From an uncultured virus (IMG/VR IMGVR_UViG_3300026549_000002) (lineage: Duplodnaviria; Heunggongvirae; Uroviricota; Caudoviricetes): a DNA stretch of 20,000 bases. Of this stretch, positions 1 through 8,642 are shown in pieces. Numbering within the stretch: the first letter of the stretch is position 1; every line of letters begins with the position of its first letter. The stretch lies in the IMG/VR virus record IMGVR_UViG_3300026549_000002, one strand, 5' to 3'. Position numbers and translations under genes: made by a program. The notes below the pieces were generated by a model. The model was not told the origin of the DNA, searched no databases, and saw nothing but the letters and a program-made list of their open reading frames with translations.

Positions 1-502
1 ACATTTTAATATTATTACCAGTACTTCTAACAGTTAATTTATTCTTATTCGTTAAAGAATTAAGAATACCATCTATATAACCTACAATAGCTAAAGGACG
101 AACTTTATAATCATCCAAACACCATTCATCCATATAACAAATAATATCAAAATTAACTGTACAATCTCTAAATTCTGGATTACTTCTATTTGGTGAAAAG
201 TTATCAAAAGTAATAAGAATAAAAGAACGAATATCTTCAAATTCTGTTCTTGCGATTTTTGGATTTAATCTAATGTATCCCTCTTCAATTAAAGTTCCAA
301 GAGACTTAGAATCAATTAACTTTTGATAATCAGTATTTTCAGTATCTAAACAATCTGGTTTATTAACAACTAAAAGTCTTTTTAAAATGTCACTATATGG
401 TTTAGAATCAACAAACAATGTTTTAATTATTGTTTCTGTATCTTTATCACAAGAGAGAAAAGAACTGTAAATAGGCTGTGTCTTAACTAAATCTTTTCTC
501 AT
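1..502 (-). CDS. Putative neck/tail-completion protein (partial, runs off left edge)
   Basis: Not in the ORF track. Manually translated from ATG at 502 (AGGAG at 510-514): MRKDLVKTQPIYSSFLSCDKD...FRDCTVNFDIICYMDEWCLDDYKVRPLAIVGYIDGILN..., open to position 1. Function inferred from position after head-closure genes. Confidence 0.75.
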   Translation of the reverse strand, partial: MRKDLVKTQPIYSSFLSCDKDTETIIKTLFVDSKPYSDILKRLLVVNKPDCLDTENTDYQKLIDSKSLGTLIEEGYIRLNPKIARTEFEDIRSFILITFDNFSPNRSNPEFRDCTVNFDIICYMDEWCLDDYKVRPLAIVGYIDGILNSLTNKNKLTVRSTGNNIKM

Positions 503-520
503 AATTTAACTCCTTGTATC

Positions 521-1822
521 TCACAGTGATTTAATAGTAATATGTTTTTTCAAATCACCATATTTTATATCAAACCCTTTTCTATATGCTTTTGTAGTTA
601 ACACTACAATGTTTAAATCATTATTATCATCAATAGAATAAGAAATGATATTATTATCAGCAATGCTAACTTCCCACTCTGCGGCGGCAGCACCCTTGGC
701 GCTGAACCTTACCTCATCATAAGGAGCTAATACATCTGGGCCAGTTATCTCACTGTCAGTGGACTGGTCCGCCGCATTCATCTCTCTTATCTGTTGGTCA
801 GTACTTGTATAAGTTTCCTTAAGTGCAACTCTTATAATACCAGAGTCTGGATTACTTGCGCTACTACTATAATTATCATTATAAGCTTGTACTTCCCAAC
901 TTTTTCCATTAATAATAACTCTATCAAACCGCTTAAAATAAGCTAATGTATCCGCATCTTTTGTGATGTAAAGTTTCTTAGTATAGTTCATATCATTCCA
1001 AACTACACCTTTCTTTACATTCCACATCAGGGTTTCTTCATTAGGACCAGTCATCCAACCTCTATAGGTCTTCTCTGACTCAGTTCCATCATCATTAATT
1101 ACTATAATAGTAATTTCTTCATCAGCTTTTCTAATTTCCCCTCTAAAATAAGCGGTTTCTTCTGAATACTGCATATAAACAATCCAATATGTATCTGGAA
1201 CCCATTCTTCTTTATTGCCATGAATCCATTTAAACACAGTTCCATTATGAAAATTAGTTTCAACCCAATCATCATTATCTTGAACTGGATCTATTGATAC
1301 AGTATTCTCTATAAAAGGAATGGAAATTATCTTATCTTCATAATCAACTTTTAATTTATCATGATTAATTAAACATCTAAAATAATCTCCTTCTTTATCA
1401 GAAATTATATTATTTAATGCCGCAATATATTCAGCACTAGTTCTTCCAAATTCTGCACCTGCCGCAGCCAACTCTTCATATTGACTTTCTAAAGCGTCTA
1501 AAGTAGCAAGTTGATTTTCTGTCAACTCAATTTGATCTTGGATACTAGTAATAATAGCCACAATAGCTTTTATTAGAGCATCATCACTTGCACTATAAGG
1601 CTGACATATTGCCGCTTGATAAGAATAATAAAGAGCTTTCCTTAAACCTCTTAACTTATCCTCTCTCATACGAGTCCATTGGTCATGAACTCTTGTTACT
1701 TTTTTATATTTTCCTTTGCCAGATACTTCTGTGCCAGATTCATCGACCCTTTTTACCTCACCATAGTATCCAACTCTATTTCGCATATTATTAATACTAT
1801 CCAACATTTCGATCAATATCAT
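521..1822 (-). CDS. Putative head-closure/head-completion protein with C-terminal Ig-like beta domain
   Basis: 433-aa ORF in the connector region (start may be Met at 1807). C-terminal EITGPDVLAPYDEVRFSA...EWEVS is Ig-like. Function inferred from synteny. Confidence 0.6.
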   Translation of the reverse strand: MILIEMLDSINNMRNRVGYYGEVKRVDESGTEVSGKGKYKKVTRVHDQWTRMREDKLRGLRKALYYSYQAAICQPYSASDDALIKAIVAIITSIQDQIELTENQLATLDALESQYEELAAAGAEFGRTSAEYIAALNNIISDKEGDYFRCLINHDKLKVDYEDKIISIPFIENTVSIDPVQDNDDWVETNFHNGTVFKWIHGNKEEWVPDTYWIVYMQYSEETAYFRGEIRKADEEITIIVINDDGTESEKTYRGWMTGPNEETLMWNVKKGVVWNDMNYTKKLYITKDADTLAYFKRFDRVIINGKSWEVQAYNDNYSSSASNPDSGIIRVALKETYTSTDQQIREMNAADQSTDSEITGPDVLAPYDEVRFSAKGAAAAEWEVSIADNNIISYSIDDNNDLNIVVLTTKAYRKGFDIKYGDLKKHITIKSL

Positions 1823-2114
1823 TGAGTAAACTTAAACATTCAAAAATTGTACATCTATAGCGTTCAAAATCATTTTGTTCAGTTAACTCAAATAATCCTT
1901 CCATCTTACATAATAAGGAAAAGAAGGTTCTATGTTGGCCGATAAGTAACCTATCCATTCCTTTAAGTTCCTCAAGAAGAGTGTCCAATGGTTTTTCCCA
2001 ATTGGACCCCTCTTCTCTCATAGGTAATAGTTTATATACTTGATTAATAATACGTTTAATATTATCATGTACAGCGACTGCTTCAATTTCAATGCCATTT
2101 TTAAGTATTACCAT
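1797..2114 (-). CDS. Hypothetical phage morphogenesis-region protein
   Basis: 105-aa helical ORF overlapping both neighbours (translational coupling), GAGGA upstream. Confidence 0.75.
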   Translation of the reverse strand: MVILKNGIEIEAVAVHDNIKRIINQVYKLLPMREEGSNWEKPLDTLLEELKGMDRLLIGQHRTFFSLLCKMEGLFELTEQNDFERYRCTIFECLSLLNDIDRNVG

Positions 2115-2734
2115 TCTTCATCCTCCTCATCAGTAGGATACCAAATAATACCATCGGCAATCCATTCATCATCGTCGCCCTCTTCATTAACTGGCCAACC
2201 ATCACCAATTGTCCATCTTCTATCTTCTGGCTCCATAATCTTAGACATAGTAGAATGAAATATTCCATGTCTATCTCTGACCCTACGTTTATAAAGTCTT
2301 TGTAAATGGAACCCCTCTCTCTCATAATCTTTCTTAAGCATTAATAGCTTTTGCATATGATTTGCTTGAGAGGTAAATTTAAAATCAGAACCACTATACT
2401 TCATGCGAGTATTTTCAATAGAAGCAAGTTGTTGACCAAGCCATTCAACTACCATGTATGTAGCAAGAATATTAATTTCTTCTGGAATTAATCTTCCCTT
2501 AAAAGCGCCTTCCATATAAGTATTACCATTTGCATCAGTTTCCTCATGATGGTTTAACTTATATACAAGCGGCGTTCTAGGAAATTCAAACTTGTGAACC
2601 GCGGTAAGTAGCAGCTCCCTAGCTATCGCCGCAGTTTCTTCTTCAGTTAATTCCATATACATATCATCAGTAATTTTAGCATAAAAACTATCATATATTT
2701 TTGAGAAGGACGTATATTTTACTTTTTCACTCAT
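2108..2734 (-). CDS. Putative head-tail adaptor (connector) protein
   Basis: 208 aa, AGGAAGG RBS, second gene after the capsid gene. Mostly helical with SDFKFTSQANH segment and an acidic Trp-containing tail. Function inferred from position. Confidence 0.6.
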   Translation of the reverse strand: MSEKVKYTSFSKIYDSFYAKITDDMYMELTEEETAAIARELLLTAVHKFEFPRTPLVYKLNHHEETDANGNTYMEGAFKGRLIPEEINILATYMVVEWLGQQLASIENTRMKYSGSDFKFTSQANHMQKLLMLKKDYEREGFHLQRLYKRRVRDRHGIFHSTMSKIMEPEDRRWTIGDGWPVNEEGDDDEWIADGIIWYPTDEEDEEW

Positions 2735-2755
2735 ATTATCCTTCCTTTCGTATAG

Positions 2756-3331
2756 TTATTTATCCTCTATAACTTTAACAACCCTACGAGCAGGAGCCTT
2801 TTCTTCTTTCTTTTCTTCCATCTTCGGAACTGCTGCTCTTCTCTTGCCATTTTCATGTTCTTTATTAGAACCTTCATTAGCATTTCTTTCCATTTCAACA
2901 GCAAAATCTACATCAAATCCAAGTTTATCTCTAATAACTTCTCTCTTCTGAACATCATTAAGCGGAAGTTCTACAGCTAAATCTTTAATCATGTCAAGTA
3001 CACCAGCAGGTGCAAAATCAAGACAGTCTAAAAATTCATCTAAAGTACCATACTGAAGAAGATACTTTACATTCTTCTCGCCATAATAATACTCAGGTTC
3101 TACTTCACCGAGAAGCTCTTCTACTGCGGCCGCATCATCAAGAACTAAACAATTCTGTAACATATACATACCACCAGGAATCCAGGACAGCTTCTGTAGT
3201 TCCTCGAAAGTTAGATCCTTAGTCTCGCCAGGCTGAAATTGTCTATTTAAATTTCCTAAATCTGGAATGATATAGCCTACACTACCTTTATCCCTATTCG
3301 TAACCTTGATAATCTTATCCTTATCTACCAT
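2756..3331 (-). CDS. Hypothetical phage protein downstream of major capsid
   Basis: 191 aa, AGGAG RBS, charged C-terminal tail. Confidence 0.8.
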   Translation of the reverse strand: MVDKDKIIKVTNRDKGSVGYIIPDLGNLNRQFQPGETKDLTFEELQKLSWIPGGMYMLQNCLVLDDAAAVEELLGEVEPEYYYGEKNVKYLLQYGTLDEFLDCLDFAPAGVLDMIKDLAVELPLNDVQKREVIRDKLGFDVDFAVEMERNANEGSNKEHENGKRRAAVPKMEEKKEEKAPARRVVKVIEDK

Positions 3332-3364
3332 TATCTTATAACTCCTTTTATCTCCTTAATATAT

Positions 3365-3395
3365 AAAGAAAAGGGGAAGATTAAAAACCTTCCCC
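3365..3395 (-). terminator. Rho-independent terminator after major capsid gene
   Basis: Minus strand GGGGAAG-9 nt loop-CTTCCCC (3395-3373) followed by TTTTCTTT, 25 nt after the capsid stop codon. Confidence 0.85.
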
Positions 3396-3420
3396 GTATA
3401 TATTGTATTTATTCAATCAA

Positions 3421-4461
3421 CTAATTAGTGATTTTAAGACTACTGTTAGTGTATACACAGATACCAGGGTTAACCAGAAGAACACCAACACCGAACTTAC
3501 GGTAAGTCTGGATCTCTCTTGACCAATCCTCTTGGCTCTCAACTTCACGTACAGCAGTTTCGCCCTCAAACGCAACCTTGACTGGCTTATCGCTACCAGT
3601 TGGGATAATGTAAGCCTTAGAAGGATCCATTACCTTAACTGCGTTATCAATGTCTGTGAATGACTGAGGCAGGATAATAACATTATGTCCCTTATAAGTA
3701 GCATAATATCCAACATCCCAACGCTCTTGCTTCATTTCATTAGAAGCCCATCTGTCATCTGGAATCATTGTTGCAGCGAACTCAAATGTGCAGTAAATAG
3801 TAGACTTACCATAAACATCAGCTGTCTGGATCAGTCTATCCATCTGAGCTTCTACGAAACCAGTTTGGCTAGTCTTGTTCTTAGCAGTTACCTTAGCAAC
3901 AGCAGCATCAAGACCCTTAGCGATTTCTCTGTAAACAGCTTCGTCCATACCCTCAAGAATGAGGTCATAAACATCACTCATCTGGATTCTGCCATCAAGG
4001 AACTCTTCGAATCCAATCTGAGCAGCTCCGCCCCAAGCGCTCGTAGGAATTTCATAAGTATCTCCATCAAGCTTGAAGACTTCATATCTACCAGCAAGAC
4101 CAACTCTTGTTACGAAGTTGTTCTTAGCTCTAATTCTGGATTTAGCACTGATTCTTGTTGAGAATACAGGCTTATCTCCCTGTGCATATGTCTTAACTTC
4201 TGCGAACTGTCCGTAGTTCTGCATAACTCTTGCAGGAAGAATTTCATCAACACCAACCTCGATAAGTTCGAAGATGAGGTCTCTGTTTCTTCTATACTCA
4301 CGGAAGTTAGAAGCAAGTTCATTCATTTCTTTTCTAAATGTCTCATTTAAAGCCTCGAATGTAAGATTCTTTCCTTCATAAGAGAAGTTAGCAGAAGGAT
4401 TTAAAGAGGCTTTTGCAGTAGCCTTAGCTAATGCGATTAAATTTGTTCTATCTAAAGCCAT
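3421..4461 (-). CDS. Major capsid protein
   Basis: 346 aa, AAAGGAG RBS, position after protease/scaffold and decoration genes, followed by a terminator. Codon usage shifted to AAG/GAG/TTC/AAC as expected for a highly expressed gene. Confidence 0.85.
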   Translation of the reverse strand: MALDRTNLIALAKATAKASLNPSANFSYEGKNLTFEALNETFRKEMNELASNFREYRRNRDLIFELIEVGVDEILPARVMQNYGQFAEVKTYAQGDKPVFSTRISAKSRIRAKNNFVTRVGLAGRYEVFKLDGDTYEIPTSAWGGAAQIGFEEFLDGRIQMSDVYDLILEGMDEAVYREIAKGLDAAVAKVTAKNKTSQTGFVEAQMDRLIQTADVYGKSTIYCTFEFAATMIPDDRWASNEMKQERWDVGYYATYKGHNVIILPQSFTDIDNAVKVMDPSKAYIIPTGSDKPVKVAFEGETAVREVESQEDWSREIQTYRKFGVGVLLVNPGICVYTNSSLKITN

Positions 4462-4477
4462 TAATCTCTCTCCTTTC

Positions 4478-5038
4478 TTACTTTACTCTCTGAATCTTAA
4501 CACCTGGCTGTCCATCAGGCATTGTGTACTCTTTAACAACCTGGAAGCAAGGAACAGATGCGTTAGCAAGGCTTGCAGCTTTCTTAAGGTATCCTGTAGT
4601 AGCATCTACTTCAAGGTAATCCTTAACGCTTAATGTAAGTCCAGCAACCTCTGCACTATCACTTGTATTTGCTCCAAATGTATTTGTTGTATAAATATCT
4701 CCAATATTTGTTTTGAAAAGTCTTGGATAAATAAAACCATCTGAGAAGTCAGTAGCTCTTAAAACAAAGTCCCTATGCATTTGCTTACGAGGATCGTAAA
4801 GCTTTTCTTCACAATAAACAAGGCACCATTCGCCGTCACCTGTTAATCCTGCAAATCCATCAGCATAGTTATATTTTAAAAACTGGCCTTGCTCAAGCTG
4901 AGCAATAGCAACCAGCTTACCATCACTTACAGATGCTGCAGGAAGCTGTGCATAAATCTGGCCTGTCTTTTGAGCAGAAAGATGGTTAGGCTCTACTTGT
5001 CCAAAACCGATTCTCTTAATTTGTGCCATATTAGACAA
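4478..5038 (-). CDS. Putative capsid decoration/stabilising protein
   Basis: 186-aa beta-rich ORF between scaffold and capsid genes, AGGAGG RBS (true start may be the Met 3 codons downstream). Function inferred from position. Confidence 0.65.
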   Translation of the reverse strand: MSNMAQIKRIGFGQVEPNHLSAQKTGQIYAQLPAASVSDGKLVAIAQLEQGQFLKYNYADGFAGLTGDGEWCLVYCEEKLYDPRKQMHRDFVLRATDFSDGFIYPRLFKTNIGDIYTTNTFGANTSDSAEVAGLTLSVKDYLEVDATTGYLKKAASLANASVPCFQVVKEYTMPDGQPGVKIQRVK

Positions 5039-5047
5039 CCCTCCTAA

Positions 5048-5785
5048 TTAATTTCTATTCTGAACTTCTTCAACTGATTTTATCCAATCTGGAGTTGAAT
5101 CGTTCATATCTAAACTAAAAGTAGTAACAGTTTTCTCTGTCATATCTTTATCATTTTTTGATGTATTATCTAAATCAAAATTGACCTTTTTTCTATAACA
5201 AATTACTGCTAATTTTGCTTCAATATCTTCAAGAGAATAATTTCTCTTATTCTCCATTACGTCTTTCTTATCTTCATCAGAAAGCATAGAGAACTGAGCA
5301 ATTAAAGCATCCTTTTCTTTATCTTCTACATCATTTTTGAAAGCAACGAGTTCATTATAAGATTCTTGAAGTGCAGTATACTTAGCCTCAAGTGCTTCAT
5401 ATTCTGCATCAGTATGAAGTGTGCTGTTTGCAACAGGAGTAGGATCTGATTTCGGTTCAGCATTCTCCTCTTCTTCCTCTTCTTCTTCTCTTTCTGGAGC
5501 ACCACCAACTTCGTTACCAAGTTTAGTACGCTCTGTATGAGATTCAGCAGAATCATCTTCTACCTTTACTTCAAATTTCTTCTTATCTTCGTCATCTTCC
5601 TCTTCTTCATCATTTGCATCTTCTTTAGATTCTTCTTGAGCGTCTTCTTGCTCCTCTTCTTCTTTTTTAACAAATTCTGAAGAGCTTGATGTATCTTCTG
5701 CTTCTTCTTGAGTTTCTGTAAATTCAGTTTGAACGATTTCGTCCTCTGTCTTTACTTCATCTACAATGATATTAGCATTGTCCAC
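5048..5785 (-). CDS. Possible nested in-frame scaffold protein (internal GTG start)
   Basis: AAAGGAG (5800-5794) lies 8 nt before an in-frame GTG at 5785, exactly where the acidic half begins. Product would be 245 aa. Confidence 0.5.
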   Translation of the reverse strand: MDNANIIVDEVKTEDEIVQTEFTETQEEAEDTSSSSEFVKKEEEEQEDAQEESKEDANDEEEEDDEDKKKFEVKVEDDSAESHTERTKLGNEVGGAPEREEEEEEEENAEPKSDPTPVANSTLHTDAEYEALEAKYTALQESYNELVAFKNDVEDKEKDALIAQFSMLSDEDKKDVMENKRNYSLEDIEAKLAVICYRKKVNFDLDNTSKNDKDMTEKTVTTFSLDMNDSTPDWIKSVEEVQNRN

Positions 5786-6484
5786 TGTATGCTCTCCTTT
5801 CAATGCAAATTCTAAATCCTTCATCATACTATATAAAGTACGGTTAAAGTTTTCATCAAGAGTGAATTTAGGTGCTGTAACTGCGGCGCCTTCGAAACAA
5901 GGCTCAACATCTTCACCTAAAATACAAAGCTTTGACACTACTGCGTCAGTAATAATAAAGAACTCTGCACCGGTTGCTGAGTTCACACTCCAATGACCAT
6001 CAAGATGCTCATCGTCTAGTTCCATAGATTGTGGGCGGCCGCCATTCTCTAAAGCTGATTTAGCTTCTGGGAACTGCTCTGTCCACAGGTAACCAGTTGT
6101 CATAAGATATTCTCTCTCAACAGCATTACCAAAATCATCAAAGTCATTAAACTTTTGGAACCAAACTTCTGCATCTGGTGAGACAAAACCATAAGGCTTT
6201 GTCAAACAATTAAAATGAATACCATCTGCATCAAGAATTAATTGGTCACCATGGTCTCTGAAGTCCTGCTTATCATCACTATAATAACCAACGATAGGAG
6301 CGCCGCGTAATGTCTTAGCCATTTCTGTAGCTACATCTTTATTAATATAGCTACCATTACGATTTTCACCTATGTAAAATACCTTAATTTCACATTTTGA
6401 CATTAACGGATTAATATCAAGAGGTTGAAGATTAATGAATTGTGGTGATTCAATCGTCGCTATAGATTTATGTGGTAAACTCAT
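5048..6484 (-). CDS. Prohead protease-scaffold fusion
   Basis: 478 aa. Globular N-terminal half (GENRNGSYI, QSMEL, LCILG) followed by a very acidic low-complexity/coiled-coil half. Lies directly after the portal gene. Confidence 0.75.
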   Translation of the reverse strand: MSLPHKSIATIESPQFINLQPLDINPLMSKCEIKVFYIGENRNGSYINKDVATEMAKTLRGAPIVGYYSDDKQDFRDHGDQLILDADGIHFNCLTKPYGFVSPDAEVWFQKFNDFDDFGNAVEREYLMTTGYLWTEQFPEAKSALENGGRPQSMELDDEHLDGHWSVNSATGAEFFIITDAVVSKLCILGEDVEPCFEGAAVTAPKFTLDENFNRTLYSMMKDLEFALKGEHTVDNANIIVDEVKTEDEIVQTEFTETQEEAEDTSSSSEFVKKEEEEQEDAQEESKEDANDEEEEDDEDKKKFEVKVEDDSAESHTERTKLGNEVGGAPEREEEEEEEENAEPKSDPTPVANSTLHTDAEYEALEAKYTALQESYNELVAFKNDVEDKEKDALIAQFSMLSDEDKKDVMENKRNYSLEDIEAKLAVICYRKKVNFDLDNTSKNDKDMTEKTVTTFSLDMNDSTPDWIKSVEEVQNRN

Positions 6485-6498
6485 TTTCTATCTCCCTC

Positions 6499-8157
6499 TT
6501 ACATAGACTCTCTATTTGCTAATGTTTTATCCGATTTTTCGTTGTCTGGTTTCTCTGGGCGGCCAGCCTCAGAGTCACTTGAACTAGAACTTGAGGATCC
6601 GTTAGACGAGCCCGCGCCATTCTTGTTTCCATTTCTCTGTGCCAGTGCTTCAGCGTTCATAGTATTTGATGTAAGTGGAGGAACAAATACGCTGACCAGA
6701 TCCAGAACATCGTTCTCGAAGTAAGCAGTAGCTAAAATAGAACTTTGAGATTGGCCTAACGCAATCTGAGGTAACATCTTTGAGTAACCCATCTGTGCTT
6801 GCTCTTTATATAATTTAGCCATCTCTTTGTAATTATAAATCGTAGTAGTTAACACTTGCGCTTTATAATAACACTTTCTATCATTCTTATTATAAGGCTC
6901 TAATAATAAGTTTAAGAACCCTTCAAACTGTTGAATTAAATTATAAAGCGATGCTTCATCATTAAGAATAGAATTATTTAAAGCAGTATTACTATTGCTA
7001 TTAAATTGCATCTGAGATACACCAGCTTCATTATAAACTGCTCTTTCTACCCTTGTTAAATCATCAGTTTGAGTAGTATTACTTTTGTCTGACATATCAG
7101 CCACATCTACATCAGCAAATGTAGTTAATACATCAATACCTATTGCACGACTCAACATTCTTACTGCATTATTATGAAGTGCTTGCGCTTCATCAACATC
7201 AAACACTAAATCGCCATTCTTATCTATAGGCATCTTCTGAATAATAATTTTCAGTAATTTTTGAGCCATTCTTCTTTTGTCAAGGTCCTTCGCTTCATCT
7301 AAATCAATAATAGCGAGTATAACTGAAATAAATGGAGGAAAATCCTCACCATTAAGATTAAACTTTATAACACTTTTAATATCTAATAGATACCAACCAG
7401 ATGAATCACCTGGATCAAGCTTTAAAGTACCATCTTTATACGCCTTATATCCTTTTTTAAATTCAGCAGGGAATAAATTTAATACTTTTGCCCTCTGCTC
7501 ACTATTAGAATACATATCGTCAAAGAAAGCCATATTAAATTCTACTGCGGGTCTACCGTTTACACTATATCTAGACCTACAATAAGCTGGCGGCAGCTCT
7601 TGAACAGACATTCTATTGCCATTAGGAATTAAATATCCATAATAGCAACCGAATCTAATAACTTTTAAAGCAACATCACCAAAAAATTTCTTTACTTCAA
7701 ATTCATCAAGATATTTTAATGCTTTAAAAAAGTTTGTAAGTATTTTATTTCTATTATTATTACTTAAGCTAACATCTGCATCTGCTGCAACACCTAAACC
7801 GCCATTAATATAAGGTGTTACCACCCAGTCATATCTATATAAATATGCCATATATCTACATAATCTATTATAAATACCGCTTGTCTTATAATAGAAATTA
7901 GAAATTTCTCTTAATTTTGGTAAGTCTTGGTTTGCAATAGCCTTTAATATATAGCTTTTGGTTCCGAATTGCTTATTCGCTTTCTTGAAACTACCTAAAT
8001 CATTAATAGTAGCATCTTGAAGTATCTGCGCACCAACTCGAATTTTAGAAAAAGCATGATTTCCTACTAAAGTAGGTGATACATCTTCGGTGTTATCACC
8101 AACAGCCAAAGGAATATTAAATCCTTTGTTCCTAATCTCTTCAATTCTGTTTATCAA
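6499..8157 (-). CDS. Portal protein
   Basis: About 552 aa from TTG at 8157 after GAGGTG (track start 8172 lacks an RBS). Size, position before the protease gene and a low-complexity C-terminus ending GRPEKP fit a portal. Confidence 0.85.
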   Translation of the reverse strand: MINRIEEIRNKGFNIPLAVGDNTEDVSPTLVGNHAFSKIRVGAQILQDATINDLGSFKKANKQFGTKSYILKAIANQDLPKLREISNFYYKTSGIYNRLCRYMAYLYRYDWVVTPYINGGLGVAADADVSLSNNNRNKILTNFFKALKYLDEFEVKKFFGDVALKVIRFGCYYGYLIPNGNRMSVQELPPAYCRSRYSVNGRPAVEFNMAFFDDMYSNSEQRAKVLNLFPAEFKKGYKAYKDGTLKLDPGDSSGWYLLDIKSVIKFNLNGEDFPPFISVILAIIDLDEAKDLDKRRMAQKLLKIIIQKMPIDKNGDLVFDVDEAQALHNNAVRMLSRAIGIDVLTTFADVDVADMSDKSNTTQTDDLTRVERAVYNEAGVSQMQFNSNSNTALNNSILNDEASLYNLIQQFEGFLNLLLEPYNKNDRKCYYKAQVLTTTIYNYKEMAKLYKEQAQMGYSKMLPQIALGQSQSSILATAYFENDVLDLVSVFVPPLTSNTMNAEALAQRNGNKNGAGSSNGSSSSSSSDSEAGRPEKPDNEKSDKTLANRESM

Positions 8158-8183
8158 AATAACACCTCTCACTTTTTAACTTT

Positions 8184-8212
8184 ATTGTATCAAAATTTTT
8201 TAGTTTTGTCCA
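8184..8212 (-). promoter_or_regulatory. Sigma-A-like promoter upstream of portal
   Basis: Minus strand TGGACA-17 bp-TACAAT with TG extension (TGA-TACAAT). Confidence 0.6.
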
Positions 8213-8215
8213 ATT

Positions 8216-8572
8216 TTAATAACCAGCTAAACTAAAAATATAATCATAGTTTATTCGATGCTCATCGGTGTATGGGATAGCAATCAGTTTAATGCCATGC
8301 TCTTCACAATAAATGCGCTTCCGCATGTCATTAAACTGTTGCTTACGTAATCCTTCATATCCACCAAACTTACTTTTAGCTTGGTAATGTTGTATTCCTT
8401 GATATTCAATCAAGAAATCTATATCTCCATTGTCATCGAATACACAAAAGTCAAATCTAAGAGGTCTCCCAGAAGAAGAAACTAAATCTGGAAAAGAATA
8501 TTCCTCAACGAAATCTACTCCCGCCGCAACAAGAATATCCTCTATTTTAATTTCTCCTCTACTTGCTCTCAT
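8216..8572 (-). CDS. Stand-alone Vsr/DUF559/DUF2726-like (PD-(D/E)XK-type) endonuclease
   Basis: 118 aa with SRGE, LRFDF, IEYQGIQH, ND-x-x-K-x-x-YC and KLIAIPY motifs typical of this nuclease domain. AGGAG RBS. Confidence 0.75.
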   Translation of the reverse strand: MRASRGEIKIEDILVAAGVDFVEEYSFPDLVSSSGRPLRFDFCVFDDNGDIDFLIEYQGIQHYQAKSKFGGYEGLRKQQFNDMRKRIYCEEHGIKLIAIPYTDEHRINYDYIFSLAGY

Positions 8573-8642
8573 TTTATCTCCTTCTTTTGTGTTTGCTATT
8601 GTATTTTTAAAATCAAGTTAATCTAATTTTTGAAAAATGTCC

